A model generated the notes under the pieces. It did not search any database. It was not told where the DNA came from and was given only the letters and a program-made list of their open reading frames with translations. The position numbers and the translations under genes were made by a program. From a virus (taxonomy: Duplodnaviria; Heunggongvirae; Uroviricota; Caudoviricetes), in IMG/VR virus record IMGVR_UViG_2687453424_000001: a stretch of DNA of 64,000 bases; one strand, written 5' to 3'. Of the stretch, positions 37,909 to 50,769 are shown in pieces (the stretch's first letter is position 1; each line of letters starts with the position of its first letter).

Positions 37909-38261
37909 TTTTTCATTGACTTTAAAAAAAAAAAACAACCAAATTTTATAGTATCACAAAGGCCAACACATGTCTTCTTCTATAAAGCGGTTGTGGTGGC
38001 CATATACTTATTTATTGCTTAATAGGTCCATGCATCTCATTTGATATGGATGGGTCACCTGACGTGAAAAACATTCATTTTTGGTGTAGCTTTAGGCCGA
38101 CATGATCTGCACCCTTATTTATTAATTCTTTTTAATCACTTAAAAGTTTTGATTCCATGATTTTTCATTTTCCAAATTTCCATTTTTACGTAAAAGATCA
38201 TGAATTAGAAATCATCTTTTGTTACAGAATCAATGTATCCTAACGATTGTTCAAGAAAAAA

Positions 38262-38670
38262 ATTAGGTCAAAATACCTAAAAAGTCCCTATATTCATGTA
38301 TTTTGTTCAATTTAATCCATGTACTCAAAATCGTAACATTTTTATCCTTTAATTTTGAAAATTGTTTCAATTTAGTCCCTCCTTCTAACTACATCTAATT
38401 TTACCTTTTAAATTAAAAGATGACATCAATAATGACATCAACGCTGACGTGACATATTTTGATGACGTGGTACCTTCACGATGACGTGGCATGACACGTG
38501 ATACCGACATGATGACTGGGCAGTGCCATCATTGGAACTAAATTTTGTGCTACGTCATAAGAATTAAATTGAATAAAAATATATAGTATAGAGACTAAAT
38601 TGAACATAAATGAAATGTTGAGGGACTAAATTAAAAAATATTTAAAAAATAGTAAATCTTTAAGTAGATG
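38262..38670. repeat. Left arm of a long inverted repeat running into the N-run
   Basis: Reverse complement of 38262-38670 aligns with 42171-42548 at roughly 85-90% identity (for example agggactaaatt...ttgaataaaaatatatagtatagagactaaattgaac against aatttagtccctcaacatctcaattttatttaatttagtctctatattatatatttttattcaa; also the gatgacgtgg/ccacgtcatc blocks). Outer end approximate. Confidence 0.85.
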
Positions 38671-41600
38671 NNNNNNNNNNNNNNNNNNNNNNNNNNNNNN
38701 NNNNNNNNNNNNNNNNNNNNNNNNNNNNNNNNNNNNNNNNNNNNNNNNNNNNNNNNNNNNNNNNNNNNNNNNNNNNNNNNNNNNNNNNNNNNNNNNNNNN
38801 NNNNNNNNNNNNNNNNNNNNNNNNNNNNNNNNNNNNNNNNNNNNNNNNNNNNNNNNNNNNNNNNNNNNNNNNNNNNNNNNNNNNNNNNNNNNNNNNNNNN
38901 NNNNNNNNNNNNNNNNNNNNNNNNNNNNNNNNNNNNNNNNNNNNNNNNNNNNNNNNNNNNNNNNNNNNNNNNNNNNNNNNNNNNNNNNNNNNNNNNNNNN
39001 NNNNNNNNNNNNNNNNNNNNNNNNNNNNNNNNNNNNNNNNNNNNNNNNNNNNNNNNNNNNNNNNNNNNNNNNNNNNNNNNNNNNNNNNNNNNNNNNNNNN
39101 NNNNNNNNNNNNNNNNNNNNNNNNNNNNNNNNNNNNNNNNNNNNNNNNNNNNNNNNNNNNNNNNNNNNNNNNNNNNNNNNNNNNNNNNNNNNNNNNNNNN
39201 NNNNNNNNNNNNNNNNNNNNNNNNNNNNNNNNNNNNNNNNNNNNNNNNNNNNNNNNNNNNNNNNNNNNNNNNNNNNNNNNNNNNNNNNNNNNNNNNNNNN
39301 NNNNNNNNNNNNNNNNNNNNNNNNNNNNNNNNNNNNNNNNNNNNNNNNNNNNNNNNNNNNNNNNNNNNNNNNNNNNNNNNNNNNNNNNNNNNNNNNNNNN
39401 NNNNNNNNNNNNNNNNNNNNNNNNNNNNNNNNNNNNNNNNNNNNNNNNNNNNNNNNNNNNNNNNNNNNNNNNNNNNNNNNNNNNNNNNNNNNNNNNNNNN
39501 NNNNNNNNNNNNNNNNNNNNNNNNNNNNNNNNNNNNNNNNNNNNNNNNNNNNNNNNNNNNNNNNNNNNNNNNNNNNNNNNNNNNNNNNNNNNNNNNNNNN
39601 NNNNNNNNNNNNNNNNNNNNNNNNNNNNNNNNNNNNNNNNNNNNNNNNNNNNNNNNNNNNNNNNNNNNNNNNNNNNNNNNNNNNNNNNNNNNNNNNNNNN
39701 NNNNNNNNNNNNNNNNNNNNNNNNNNNNNNNNNNNNNNNNNNNNNNNNNNNNNNNNNNNNNNNNNNNNNNNNNNNNNNNNNNNNNNNNNNNNNNNNNNNN
39801 NNNNNNNNNNNNNNNNNNNNNNNNNNNNNNNNNNNNNNNNNNNNNNNNNNNNNNNNNNNNNNNNNNNNNNNNNNNNNNNNNNNNNNNNNNNNNNNNNNNN
39901 NNNNNNNNNNNNNNNNNNNNNNNNNNNNNNNNNNNNNNNNNNNNNNNNNNNNNNNNNNNNNNNNNNNNNNNNNNNNNNNNNNNNNNNNNNNNNNNNNNNN
40001 NNNNNNNNNNNNNNNNNNNNNNNNNNNNNNNNNNNNNNNNNNNNNNNNNNNNNNNNNNNNNNNNNNNNNNNNNNNNNNNNNNNNNNNNNNNNNNNNNNNN
40101 NNNNNNNNNNNNNNNNNNNNNNNNNNNNNNNNNNNNNNNNNNNNNNNNNNNNNNNNNNNNNNNNNNNNNNNNNNNNNNNNNNNNNNNNNNNNNNNNNNNN
40201 NNNNNNNNNNNNNNNNNNNNNNNNNNNNNNNNNNNNNNNNNNNNNNNNNNNNNNNNNNNNNNNNNNNNNNNNNNNNNNNNNNNNNNNNNNNNNNNNNNNN
40301 NNNNNNNNNNNNNNNNNNNNNNNNNNNNNNNNNNNNNNNNNNNNNNNNNNNNNNNNNNNNNNNNNNNNNNNNNNNNNNNNNNNNNNNNNNNNNNNNNNNN
40401 NNNNNNNNNNNNNNNNNNNNNNNNNNNNNNNNNNNNNNNNNNNNNNNNNNNNNNNNNNNNNNNNNNNNNNNNNNNNNNNNNNNNNNNNNNNNNNNNNNNN
40501 NNNNNNNNNNNNNNNNNNNNNNNNNNNNNNNNNNNNNNNNNNNNNNNNNNNNNNNNNNNNNNNNNNNNNNNNNNNNNNNNNNNNNNNNNNNNNNNNNNNN
40601 NNNNNNNNNNNNNNNNNNNNNNNNNNNNNNNNNNNNNNNNNNNNNNNNNNNNNNNNNNNNNNNNNNNNNNNNNNNNNNNNNNNNNNNNNNNNNNNNNNNN
40701 NNNNNNNNNNNNNNNNNNNNNNNNNNNNNNNNNNNNNNNNNNNNNNNNNNNNNNNNNNNNNNNNNNNNNNNNNNNNNNNNNNNNNNNNNNNNNNNNNNNN
40801 NNNNNNNNNNNNNNNNNNNNNNNNNNNNNNNNNNNNNNNNNNNNNNNNNNNNNNNNNNNNNNNNNNNNNNNNNNNNNNNNNNNNNNNNNNNNNNNNNNNN
40901 NNNNNNNNNNNNNNNNNNNNNNNNNNNNNNNNNNNNNNNNNNNNNNNNNNNNNNNNNNNNNNNNNNNNNNNNNNNNNNNNNNNNNNNNNNNNNNNNNNNN
41001 NNNNNNNNNNNNNNNNNNNNNNNNNNNNNNNNNNNNNNNNNNNNNNNNNNNNNNNNNNNNNNNNNNNNNNNNNNNNNNNNNNNNNNNNNNNNNNNNNNNN
41101 NNNNNNNNNNNNNNNNNNNNNNNNNNNNNNNNNNNNNNNNNNNNNNNNNNNNNNNNNNNNNNNNNNNNNNNNNNNNNNNNNNNNNNNNNNNNNNNNNNNN
41201 NNNNNNNNNNNNNNNNNNNNNNNNNNNNNNNNNNNNNNNNNNNNNNNNNNNNNNNNNNNNNNNNNNNNNNNNNNNNNNNNNNNNNNNNNNNNNNNNNNNN
41301 NNNNNNNNNNNNNNNNNNNNNNNNNNNNNNNNNNNNNNNNNNNNNNNNNNNNNNNNNNNNNNNNNNNNNNNNNNNNNNNNNNNNNNNNNNNNNNNNNNNN
41401 NNNNNNNNNNNNNNNNNNNNNNNNNNNNNNNNNNNNNNNNNNNNNNNNNNNNNNNNNNNNNNNNNNNNNNNNNNNNNNNNNNNNNNNNNNNNNNNNNNNN
41501 NNNNNNNNNNNNNNNNNNNNNNNNNNNNNNNNNNNNNNNNNNNNNNNNNNNNNNNNNNNNNNNNNNNNNNNNNNNNNNNNNNNNNNNNNNNNNNNNNNNN

Positions 41601-42170
41601 NNNNNNNNNNNNNNNNNNNNNNNNNNNNNNNNNNNNNNNNNNNNNNNNNNNNNNNNNNNNNNNNNNNNNNNNNNNNNNNNNNNNNNNNNNNNNNNNNNNN
41701 NNNNNNNNNNNNNNNNNNNNNNNNNNNNNNNNNNNNNNNNNNNNNNNNNNNNNNNNNNNNNNNNNNNNNNNNNNNNNNNNNNNNNNNNNNNNNNNNNNNN
41801 NNNNNNNNNNNNNNNNNNNNNNNNNNNNNNNNNNNNNNNNNNNNNNNNNNNNNNNNNNNNNNNNNNNNNNNNNNNNNNNNNNNNNNNNNNNNNNNNNNNN
41901 NNNNNNNNNNNNNNNNNNNNNNNNNNNNNNNNNNNNNNNNNNNNNNNNNNNNNNNNNNNNNNNNNNNNNNNNNNNNNNNNNNNNNNNNNNNNNNNNNNNN
42001 NNNNNNNNNNNNNNNNNNNNNNNNNNNNNNNNNNNNNNNNNNNNNNNNNNNNNNNNNNNNNNNNNNNNNNNNNNNNNNNNNNNNNNNNNNNNNNNNNNNN
42101 NNNNNNNNNNNNNNNNNNNNNNNNNNNNNNNNNNNNNNNNNNNNNNNNNNNNNNNNNNNNNNNNNNNNNN
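38671..42170. other. N-run, 3500 bp, bracketed by the inverted repeat arms
   Basis: Continuous n. Confidence 0.99.
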
Positions 42171-42548
42171 AATTTAGTCCCTCAACATCTCAATTTTATT
42201 TAATTTAGTCTCTATATTATATATTTTTATTCAATCTACTCCTCATAATGTGACACAAAAAATTTTTTTGAAAATTTTTTGATTTGCCACGTTAGCACGT
42301 TGATGTCACGTCATCAAGTCGATGCCACGTGACATACCACGTCATCAAAATATGTCGCATCAATGCTGATGTCACTATTGACATCATCTTTTTAACTGCA
42401 AAATTGGATGTTGTTAGAGAGAAAGACTAAATTGAAGCAATTATTAAAATTAAAGGACTAAAATGTTACAATTTTGAGTATAAAGATTAAATTAAACAAA
42501 ATGTATGGTACAAAGACTTTTCAAGTATTTTGACTAAAAAATTAAGTT
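42171..42548. repeat. Right arm of the long inverted repeat
   Basis: See left arm; similarity stops about 42548. Confidence 0.85.
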
Positions 42549-43394
42549 AAACTGAAATCTAGAGATATTTTTGACCATATTACGATAAAATAAAGTATAT
42601 TAACAAAAGAAAAGTCAATAATGCATAATGGTGTGATTATTTTGGACAATACCTATAATTTAGATTCAATAAAAGCAGCAATAAAGTATTTCACTTTCCA
42701 TAAGAAGAGAAAATTAATTTTTTATAAGAATGTGATCGAACATGCTCGTATATATGTGTTATAAGTGCCATTCATTAGGAGTAAATTATACTGATAGACT
42801 TATATTATTTATAATTTAAAATTTTGGATGAATTACATTTTCATATTGTATGATTTTTTAATATTTTTATCACTTATTCATATAATCATGAATCCTATTA
42901 TACAAAAAAAAAATACTATTGTAAGTGTTTTCTTAATTAATTGGCATCGAACCAAGACTTGTTTAAACATTGTCGTAACGTGCGGGTCCGGGAACCCGAC
43001 CGTCAGACGTGATGTGAAAAACTCTAAATAAAACTAGGAGTCGCCACCAATCTTTTTACTAGGTGCGATTGGTCACTTATTGACTCGATTCTAATCGATG
43101 AAACTTTAAATTAATTTTAAGCCCACCGAAAAAAATCTTAAACTGGTCTACGATTTTCTAGATTTAGGCTCGGGAGTACGGTTACGCTCGGGGAATGACT
43201 AGCACCCCTGGACACCCTTTCCATGAATGGTACTATTCTTAGATTATCCTATTAGGCTTTAATTTTTAAATTCGTTATATTTTCTTAGTTATTATTCACT
43301 TATTTTATTTCCTATTTAACCTAAAATAGAATGCAAATGTGAGGCAAGATGAAATGTATGGTGTGAGATAAAAAATACCGAACGAATAACCTTT

Positions 43395-43720
43395 TATCGA
43401 AGATATTTTCCTGAATCCGCCCATCATACTGGTGAGACTCGAGGTATTCTCTCACCTAGGGAATTATCCAAGAAATCCGCCTTCGCAAATTCAACGAATA
43501 ATTCTCATCATCGGAGTTATCATACGTTTTTCTTTAAAAATAATGTTTTCGTGCACAATAGACCTAATATGAGTCAAAACCATTTATTAAAGATATTTTT
43601 CGAGTCCTCTCATCATACTGGTGGGATCTTGGGACACATCTTCACTTAGGGAACTTTTCGAGGGATACCCGCCTTCGTAAGATCCTAGGAAGATCCCATC
43701 ATCGGGGCTTAAACTCAATA
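43395..43720. repeat. Tandem duplication, two copies of a roughly 190-bp unit, about 75% identical
   Basis: ...tatcgaagatattttcctgaatccgcccatcatactggtgagactcgagg...catcatcggagttatc repeated as ...tattaaagatatttttcgagtcctctcatcatactggtgggatcttggg...catcatcggggcttaa. Confidence 0.7.
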
Positions 43721-43811
43721 TATTTATATGCAATGATATGCATGATGCAACGTATATATGTGCTATACTAATGCAATTATCTTATTTTTTTTATTTATTA
43801 TTATTTAATTA

Positions 43812-44812
43812 TTATTTTCTATTTTATATTACTATTTAAAGTAGGGACCGATAATCTGATCTAATTGATTAATTTGTTCGTACAATTATTCTCTTTTAAG
43901 AGTATGCATTGGAAATTAAAAATTCATCAGACAATATAAATTTGACAATTTATTTTCGTTTTTAAGAATTTTTTGATAAATATCTCATCTTATACCGTAT
44001 GTACCGAGCTCAAGACTCGAAATTCAACTCATTGTATTCTTGCAATTGGATCTTGTAGCAAGCAAAGGAGTGGAACATTTTGCATTGCAAAGGGAAGTCC
44101 GACAGTAAAACAAAGCTCTTGGAGTAAAAGTCCAAAGAAGCTTGCAGACAAACAAAAAAGGAAACTCATGCAACGTACATGTACTACTATTTATAGTGTC
44201 ATATATTCTTTTTTTTTTAAGAATATTTTACGATACAACAGTTAATTAAGAGAGACGAATTGTATCATTCACTTGAAAGATTTATTTGTTATTCTACAAT
44301 GTTTTATTTTTCGGGTTTTTGTTATCTTTATGAATCTTAAGATTTAGACTCGATTTCTCTTGAAGATCATTATATGTTAATTGGTTTTTGAAGTAATAAA
44401 CTCTATTAAATGTAAAGATGTAAACCTTTGACAAATGATAATCTAACTAATTAGGGAAAGAATAGGTATTAAAAGAAAAAGAAAAGCACAACACTGCACT
44501 GCACTGCTAATGTTTACTCTAGCTTCTACATGTTAATCAATTACAAGAACAAGTCCAGACAAGACATATTTCTATATGTTACAAATTCAAAGCTCTCTCT
44601 TGTCAAAAGATAAGAGCATCGATTTTTTCTTTAATTTCTAATTAATATGAACATTAGTGAGTATTTTTGCTATTATTGTTTTACAATTTTTTCAACTCTC
44701 TTTTTTGACCTTTTAACATTCCTATATCAATATGGTGGACTGAAAATTGGATGACCATGTGGTTGTATGATTGATTATTGTTTCGTTTACTTATAAATGT
44801 ATGTGATGAAAA
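43812..44812. repeat. Copy 1 of a ~1 kb direct repeat
   Basis: Aligns colinearly with about 51910-52945 at roughly 90% identity, offset about 8.1 kb. The ORF-track entries 43973..44245 and 52147..52380 are the same sequence in the two copies. Confidence 0.85.
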
Positions 44813-45460
44813 TAGGGTTCACGTGTAATTCATTTTATTTCTAATTTTTAAGATTTTGCATTGATTTTGTGTCATGTCTTGAGTTTGATTTTGATTGCAA
44901 TGTTGATTTTGATTGCAATGATCTCTATGGTTTATATTGGGCTACACTTTGTATAGATATATGCGATCATATCATGAGTCTTATTCAAAAATAAAGTAGG
45001 AAAAGAATAAAAGGGTCTCATTCTTTCCTTGACTTCCTTGCATAGAACACTAAAATGATGCTAAAAACTGTCGATTTCCTTGTCCTTTTAACAAAATTAT
45101 TTCAATGGGATTTCAATATCTCGAAAGCTGTGTGGCACATGAAGTTTCCTAATAGAAATTGGTGGGTTTTGATGCATCATTTTCGGAAGGTGAATGCTAC
45201 GTCCTTTGTGCAAACTTTTTGACACTACAAAAAAATTGAGTTTTAATCACACTTTTTTAGACGATATATTTTTTTGTATAATAAAATTTTAAAAAGTGTA
45301 GCTATTTAAACTTTTAACTTCACTTTTTTTACATTTAGTAGCAATATAAAAAAGTACAACCTTTGCTAATGTATGCAATTCCTATCGTTATATTTTATTC
45401 ATAATGCATCTAAAAATTTATATAATGAGATTAGATATACAAAAATGTTCTAAAAAATAT

Positions 45461-48400
45461 NNNNNNNNNNNNNNNNNNNNNNNNNNNNNNNNNNNNNNNN
45501 NNNNNNNNNNNNNNNNNNNNNNNNNNNNNNNNNNNNNNNNNNNNNNNNNNNNNNNNNNNNNNNNNNNNNNNNNNNNNNNNNNNNNNNNNNNNNNNNNNNN
45601 NNNNNNNNNNNNNNNNNNNNNNNNNNNNNNNNNNNNNNNNNNNNNNNNNNNNNNNNNNNNNNNNNNNNNNNNNNNNNNNNNNNNNNNNNNNNNNNNNNNN
45701 NNNNNNNNNNNNNNNNNNNNNNNNNNNNNNNNNNNNNNNNNNNNNNNNNNNNNNNNNNNNNNNNNNNNNNNNNNNNNNNNNNNNNNNNNNNNNNNNNNNN
45801 NNNNNNNNNNNNNNNNNNNNNNNNNNNNNNNNNNNNNNNNNNNNNNNNNNNNNNNNNNNNNNNNNNNNNNNNNNNNNNNNNNNNNNNNNNNNNNNNNNNN
45901 NNNNNNNNNNNNNNNNNNNNNNNNNNNNNNNNNNNNNNNNNNNNNNNNNNNNNNNNNNNNNNNNNNNNNNNNNNNNNNNNNNNNNNNNNNNNNNNNNNNN
46001 NNNNNNNNNNNNNNNNNNNNNNNNNNNNNNNNNNNNNNNNNNNNNNNNNNNNNNNNNNNNNNNNNNNNNNNNNNNNNNNNNNNNNNNNNNNNNNNNNNNN
46101 NNNNNNNNNNNNNNNNNNNNNNNNNNNNNNNNNNNNNNNNNNNNNNNNNNNNNNNNNNNNNNNNNNNNNNNNNNNNNNNNNNNNNNNNNNNNNNNNNNNN
46201 NNNNNNNNNNNNNNNNNNNNNNNNNNNNNNNNNNNNNNNNNNNNNNNNNNNNNNNNNNNNNNNNNNNNNNNNNNNNNNNNNNNNNNNNNNNNNNNNNNNN
46301 NNNNNNNNNNNNNNNNNNNNNNNNNNNNNNNNNNNNNNNNNNNNNNNNNNNNNNNNNNNNNNNNNNNNNNNNNNNNNNNNNNNNNNNNNNNNNNNNNNNN
46401 NNNNNNNNNNNNNNNNNNNNNNNNNNNNNNNNNNNNNNNNNNNNNNNNNNNNNNNNNNNNNNNNNNNNNNNNNNNNNNNNNNNNNNNNNNNNNNNNNNNN
46501 NNNNNNNNNNNNNNNNNNNNNNNNNNNNNNNNNNNNNNNNNNNNNNNNNNNNNNNNNNNNNNNNNNNNNNNNNNNNNNNNNNNNNNNNNNNNNNNNNNNN
46601 NNNNNNNNNNNNNNNNNNNNNNNNNNNNNNNNNNNNNNNNNNNNNNNNNNNNNNNNNNNNNNNNNNNNNNNNNNNNNNNNNNNNNNNNNNNNNNNNNNNN
46701 NNNNNNNNNNNNNNNNNNNNNNNNNNNNNNNNNNNNNNNNNNNNNNNNNNNNNNNNNNNNNNNNNNNNNNNNNNNNNNNNNNNNNNNNNNNNNNNNNNNN
46801 NNNNNNNNNNNNNNNNNNNNNNNNNNNNNNNNNNNNNNNNNNNNNNNNNNNNNNNNNNNNNNNNNNNNNNNNNNNNNNNNNNNNNNNNNNNNNNNNNNNN
46901 NNNNNNNNNNNNNNNNNNNNNNNNNNNNNNNNNNNNNNNNNNNNNNNNNNNNNNNNNNNNNNNNNNNNNNNNNNNNNNNNNNNNNNNNNNNNNNNNNNNN
47001 NNNNNNNNNNNNNNNNNNNNNNNNNNNNNNNNNNNNNNNNNNNNNNNNNNNNNNNNNNNNNNNNNNNNNNNNNNNNNNNNNNNNNNNNNNNNNNNNNNNN
47101 NNNNNNNNNNNNNNNNNNNNNNNNNNNNNNNNNNNNNNNNNNNNNNNNNNNNNNNNNNNNNNNNNNNNNNNNNNNNNNNNNNNNNNNNNNNNNNNNNNNN
47201 NNNNNNNNNNNNNNNNNNNNNNNNNNNNNNNNNNNNNNNNNNNNNNNNNNNNNNNNNNNNNNNNNNNNNNNNNNNNNNNNNNNNNNNNNNNNNNNNNNNN
47301 NNNNNNNNNNNNNNNNNNNNNNNNNNNNNNNNNNNNNNNNNNNNNNNNNNNNNNNNNNNNNNNNNNNNNNNNNNNNNNNNNNNNNNNNNNNNNNNNNNNN
47401 NNNNNNNNNNNNNNNNNNNNNNNNNNNNNNNNNNNNNNNNNNNNNNNNNNNNNNNNNNNNNNNNNNNNNNNNNNNNNNNNNNNNNNNNNNNNNNNNNNNN
47501 NNNNNNNNNNNNNNNNNNNNNNNNNNNNNNNNNNNNNNNNNNNNNNNNNNNNNNNNNNNNNNNNNNNNNNNNNNNNNNNNNNNNNNNNNNNNNNNNNNNN
47601 NNNNNNNNNNNNNNNNNNNNNNNNNNNNNNNNNNNNNNNNNNNNNNNNNNNNNNNNNNNNNNNNNNNNNNNNNNNNNNNNNNNNNNNNNNNNNNNNNNNN
47701 NNNNNNNNNNNNNNNNNNNNNNNNNNNNNNNNNNNNNNNNNNNNNNNNNNNNNNNNNNNNNNNNNNNNNNNNNNNNNNNNNNNNNNNNNNNNNNNNNNNN
47801 NNNNNNNNNNNNNNNNNNNNNNNNNNNNNNNNNNNNNNNNNNNNNNNNNNNNNNNNNNNNNNNNNNNNNNNNNNNNNNNNNNNNNNNNNNNNNNNNNNNN
47901 NNNNNNNNNNNNNNNNNNNNNNNNNNNNNNNNNNNNNNNNNNNNNNNNNNNNNNNNNNNNNNNNNNNNNNNNNNNNNNNNNNNNNNNNNNNNNNNNNNNN
48001 NNNNNNNNNNNNNNNNNNNNNNNNNNNNNNNNNNNNNNNNNNNNNNNNNNNNNNNNNNNNNNNNNNNNNNNNNNNNNNNNNNNNNNNNNNNNNNNNNNNN
48101 NNNNNNNNNNNNNNNNNNNNNNNNNNNNNNNNNNNNNNNNNNNNNNNNNNNNNNNNNNNNNNNNNNNNNNNNNNNNNNNNNNNNNNNNNNNNNNNNNNNN
48201 NNNNNNNNNNNNNNNNNNNNNNNNNNNNNNNNNNNNNNNNNNNNNNNNNNNNNNNNNNNNNNNNNNNNNNNNNNNNNNNNNNNNNNNNNNNNNNNNNNNN
48301 NNNNNNNNNNNNNNNNNNNNNNNNNNNNNNNNNNNNNNNNNNNNNNNNNNNNNNNNNNNNNNNNNNNNNNNNNNNNNNNNNNNNNNNNNNNNNNNNNNNN

Positions 48401-50264
48401 NNNNNNNNNNNNNNNNNNNNNNNNNNNNNNNNNNNNNNNNNNNNNNNNNNNNNNNNNNNNNNNNNNNNNNNNNNNNNNNNNNNNNNNNNNNNNNNNNNNN
48501 NNNNNNNNNNNNNNNNNNNNNNNNNNNNNNNNNNNNNNNNNNNNNNNNNNNNNNNNNNNNNNNNNNNNNNNNNNNNNNNNNNNNNNNNNNNNNNNNNNNN
48601 NNNNNNNNNNNNNNNNNNNNNNNNNNNNNNNNNNNNNNNNNNNNNNNNNNNNNNNNNNNNNNNNNNNNNNNNNNNNNNNNNNNNNNNNNNNNNNNNNNNN
48701 NNNNNNNNNNNNNNNNNNNNNNNNNNNNNNNNNNNNNNNNNNNNNNNNNNNNNNNNNNNNNNNNNNNNNNNNNNNNNNNNNNNNNNNNNNNNNNNNNNNN
48801 NNNNNNNNNNNNNNNNNNNNNNNNNNNNNNNNNNNNNNNNNNNNNNNNNNNNNNNNNNNNNNNNNNNNNNNNNNNNNNNNNNNNNNNNNNNNNNNNNNNN
48901 NNNNNNNNNNNNNNNNNNNNNNNNNNNNNNNNNNNNNNNNNNNNNNNNNNNNNNNNNNNNNNNNNNNNNNNNNNNNNNNNNNNNNNNNNNNNNNNNNNNN
49001 NNNNNNNNNNNNNNNNNNNNNNNNNNNNNNNNNNNNNNNNNNNNNNNNNNNNNNNNNNNNNNNNNNNNNNNNNNNNNNNNNNNNNNNNNNNNNNNNNNNN
49101 NNNNNNNNNNNNNNNNNNNNNNNNNNNNNNNNNNNNNNNNNNNNNNNNNNNNNNNNNNNNNNNNNNNNNNNNNNNNNNNNNNNNNNNNNNNNNNNNNNNN
49201 NNNNNNNNNNNNNNNNNNNNNNNNNNNNNNNNNNNNNNNNNNNNNNNNNNNNNNNNNNNNNNNNNNNNNNNNNNNNNNNNNNNNNNNNNNNNNNNNNNNN
49301 NNNNNNNNNNNNNNNNNNNNNNNNNNNNNNNNNNNNNNNNNNNNNNNNNNNNNNNNNNNNNNNNNNNNNNNNNNNNNNNNNNNNNNNNNNNNNNNNNNNN
49401 NNNNNNNNNNNNNNNNNNNNNNNNNNNNNNNNNNNNNNNNNNNNNNNNNNNNNNNNNNNNNNNNNNNNNNNNNNNNNNNNNNNNNNNNNNNNNNNNNNNN
49501 NNNNNNNNNNNNNNNNNNNNNNNNNNNNNNNNNNNNNNNNNNNNNNNNNNNNNNNNNNNNNNNNNNNNNNNNNNNNNNNNNNNNNNNNNNNNNNNNNNNN
49601 NNNNNNNNNNNNNNNNNNNNNNNNNNNNNNNNNNNNNNNNNNNNNNNNNNNNNNNNNNNNNNNNNNNNNNNNNNNNNNNNNNNNNNNNNNNNNNNNNNNN
49701 NNNNNNNNNNNNNNNNNNNNNNNNNNNNNNNNNNNNNNNNNNNNNNNNNNNNNNNNNNNNNNNNNNNNNNNNNNNNNNNNNNNNNNNNNNNNNNNNNNNN
49801 NNNNNNNNNNNNNNNNNNNNNNNNNNNNNNNNNNNNNNNNNNNNNNNNNNNNNNNNNNNNNNNNNNNNNNNNNNNNNNNNNNNNNNNNNNNNNNNNNNNN
49901 NNNNNNNNNNNNNNNNNNNNNNNNNNNNNNNNNNNNNNNNNNNNNNNNNNNNNNNNNNNNNNNNNNNNNNNNNNNNNNNNNNNNNNNNNNNNNNNNNNNN
50001 NNNNNNNNNNNNNNNNNNNNNNNNNNNNNNNNNNNNNNNNNNNNNNNNNNNNNNNNNNNNNNNNNNNNNNNNNNNNNNNNNNNNNNNNNNNNNNNNNNNN
50101 NNNNNNNNNNNNNNNNNNNNNNNNNNNNNNNNNNNNNNNNNNNNNNNNNNNNNNNNNNNNNNNNNNNNNNNNNNNNNNNNNNNNNNNNNNNNNNNNNNNN
50201 NNNNNNNNNNNNNNNNNNNNNNNNNNNNNNNNNNNNNNNNNNNNNNNNNNNNNNNNNNNNNNNN
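45461..50264. other. N-run, 4804 bp
   Basis: Continuous n; boundaries confirmed from ORF-track X positions. Confidence 0.99.
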
Positions 50265-50514
50265 GAGTTCTTTTTTTAAATGGATTCCATGCATAAGGTG
50301 TTTTTGACTATAAGCTTTTTTATAATTTGAACTGTTTTTTACCAAGAGAATTAAAATTTGGACAAAATTACCTTTAATGAAATCGACCCATTTATTTGGC
50401 TCCTCACCTTAACCCAAAACCTATTAATGGGTCAAGTATGTTTAAGTTTGCGTCTCAAGCCGACTCATATTCTTTAAGCTTTTCTTGCCAAACTATTCAT
50501 TTCTAGAGTATTCT

Positions 50515-50660
50515 TTACTAAAAAAAAAAGTTTAAGCATTTTGAGCATTTTACAGCAGTTTTTGATACACAAAGAAAATCTGTGAGTGTTTTGAGTATTT
50601 TTAAGCATTTTGGAGTAATTTTTAGTATATGAAGAAAAACTTTTGAACATTTTGAGCATT
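50515..50660. repeat. Tandem repeat of a roughly 65-bp unit (agcattttgagcatttt...)
   Basis: Two to three degenerate units; this is why the minus-strand ORF 50474..50659 reads KMLK...KMLK. Confidence 0.6.
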
Positions 50661-50769
50661 ATTTGTCAAGTAGGCATATTCGTTAATTATGTTATTAAAT
50701 AGAATATGGTGTAACGTTTAAAGTTATTGATCTTATTAAATGGAATGCAGTAGTTTTGATGATTTTTAG

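Larger units (their letters stand above)
38262..42548. mobile_element. Candidate DNA transposon or foldback element with terminal inverted repeats of at least 400 bp; internal 3.5 kb is N
   Basis: Inverted repeat arms face each other across the N-run and similarity ends at both outer boundaries. Class (for example Mutator-like) cannot be assigned: the interior is unreadable and I could not identify target-site duplications. Confidence 0.45.

Noticed and set aside
43973-44245. ORF of 90 aa, with its duplicate at 52147..52380
   Set aside because: Lies inside the ~1 kb direct repeat, and the two copies differ by frame-disrupting indels; no recognisable protein similarity. Treated as repeat sequence, not a gene.
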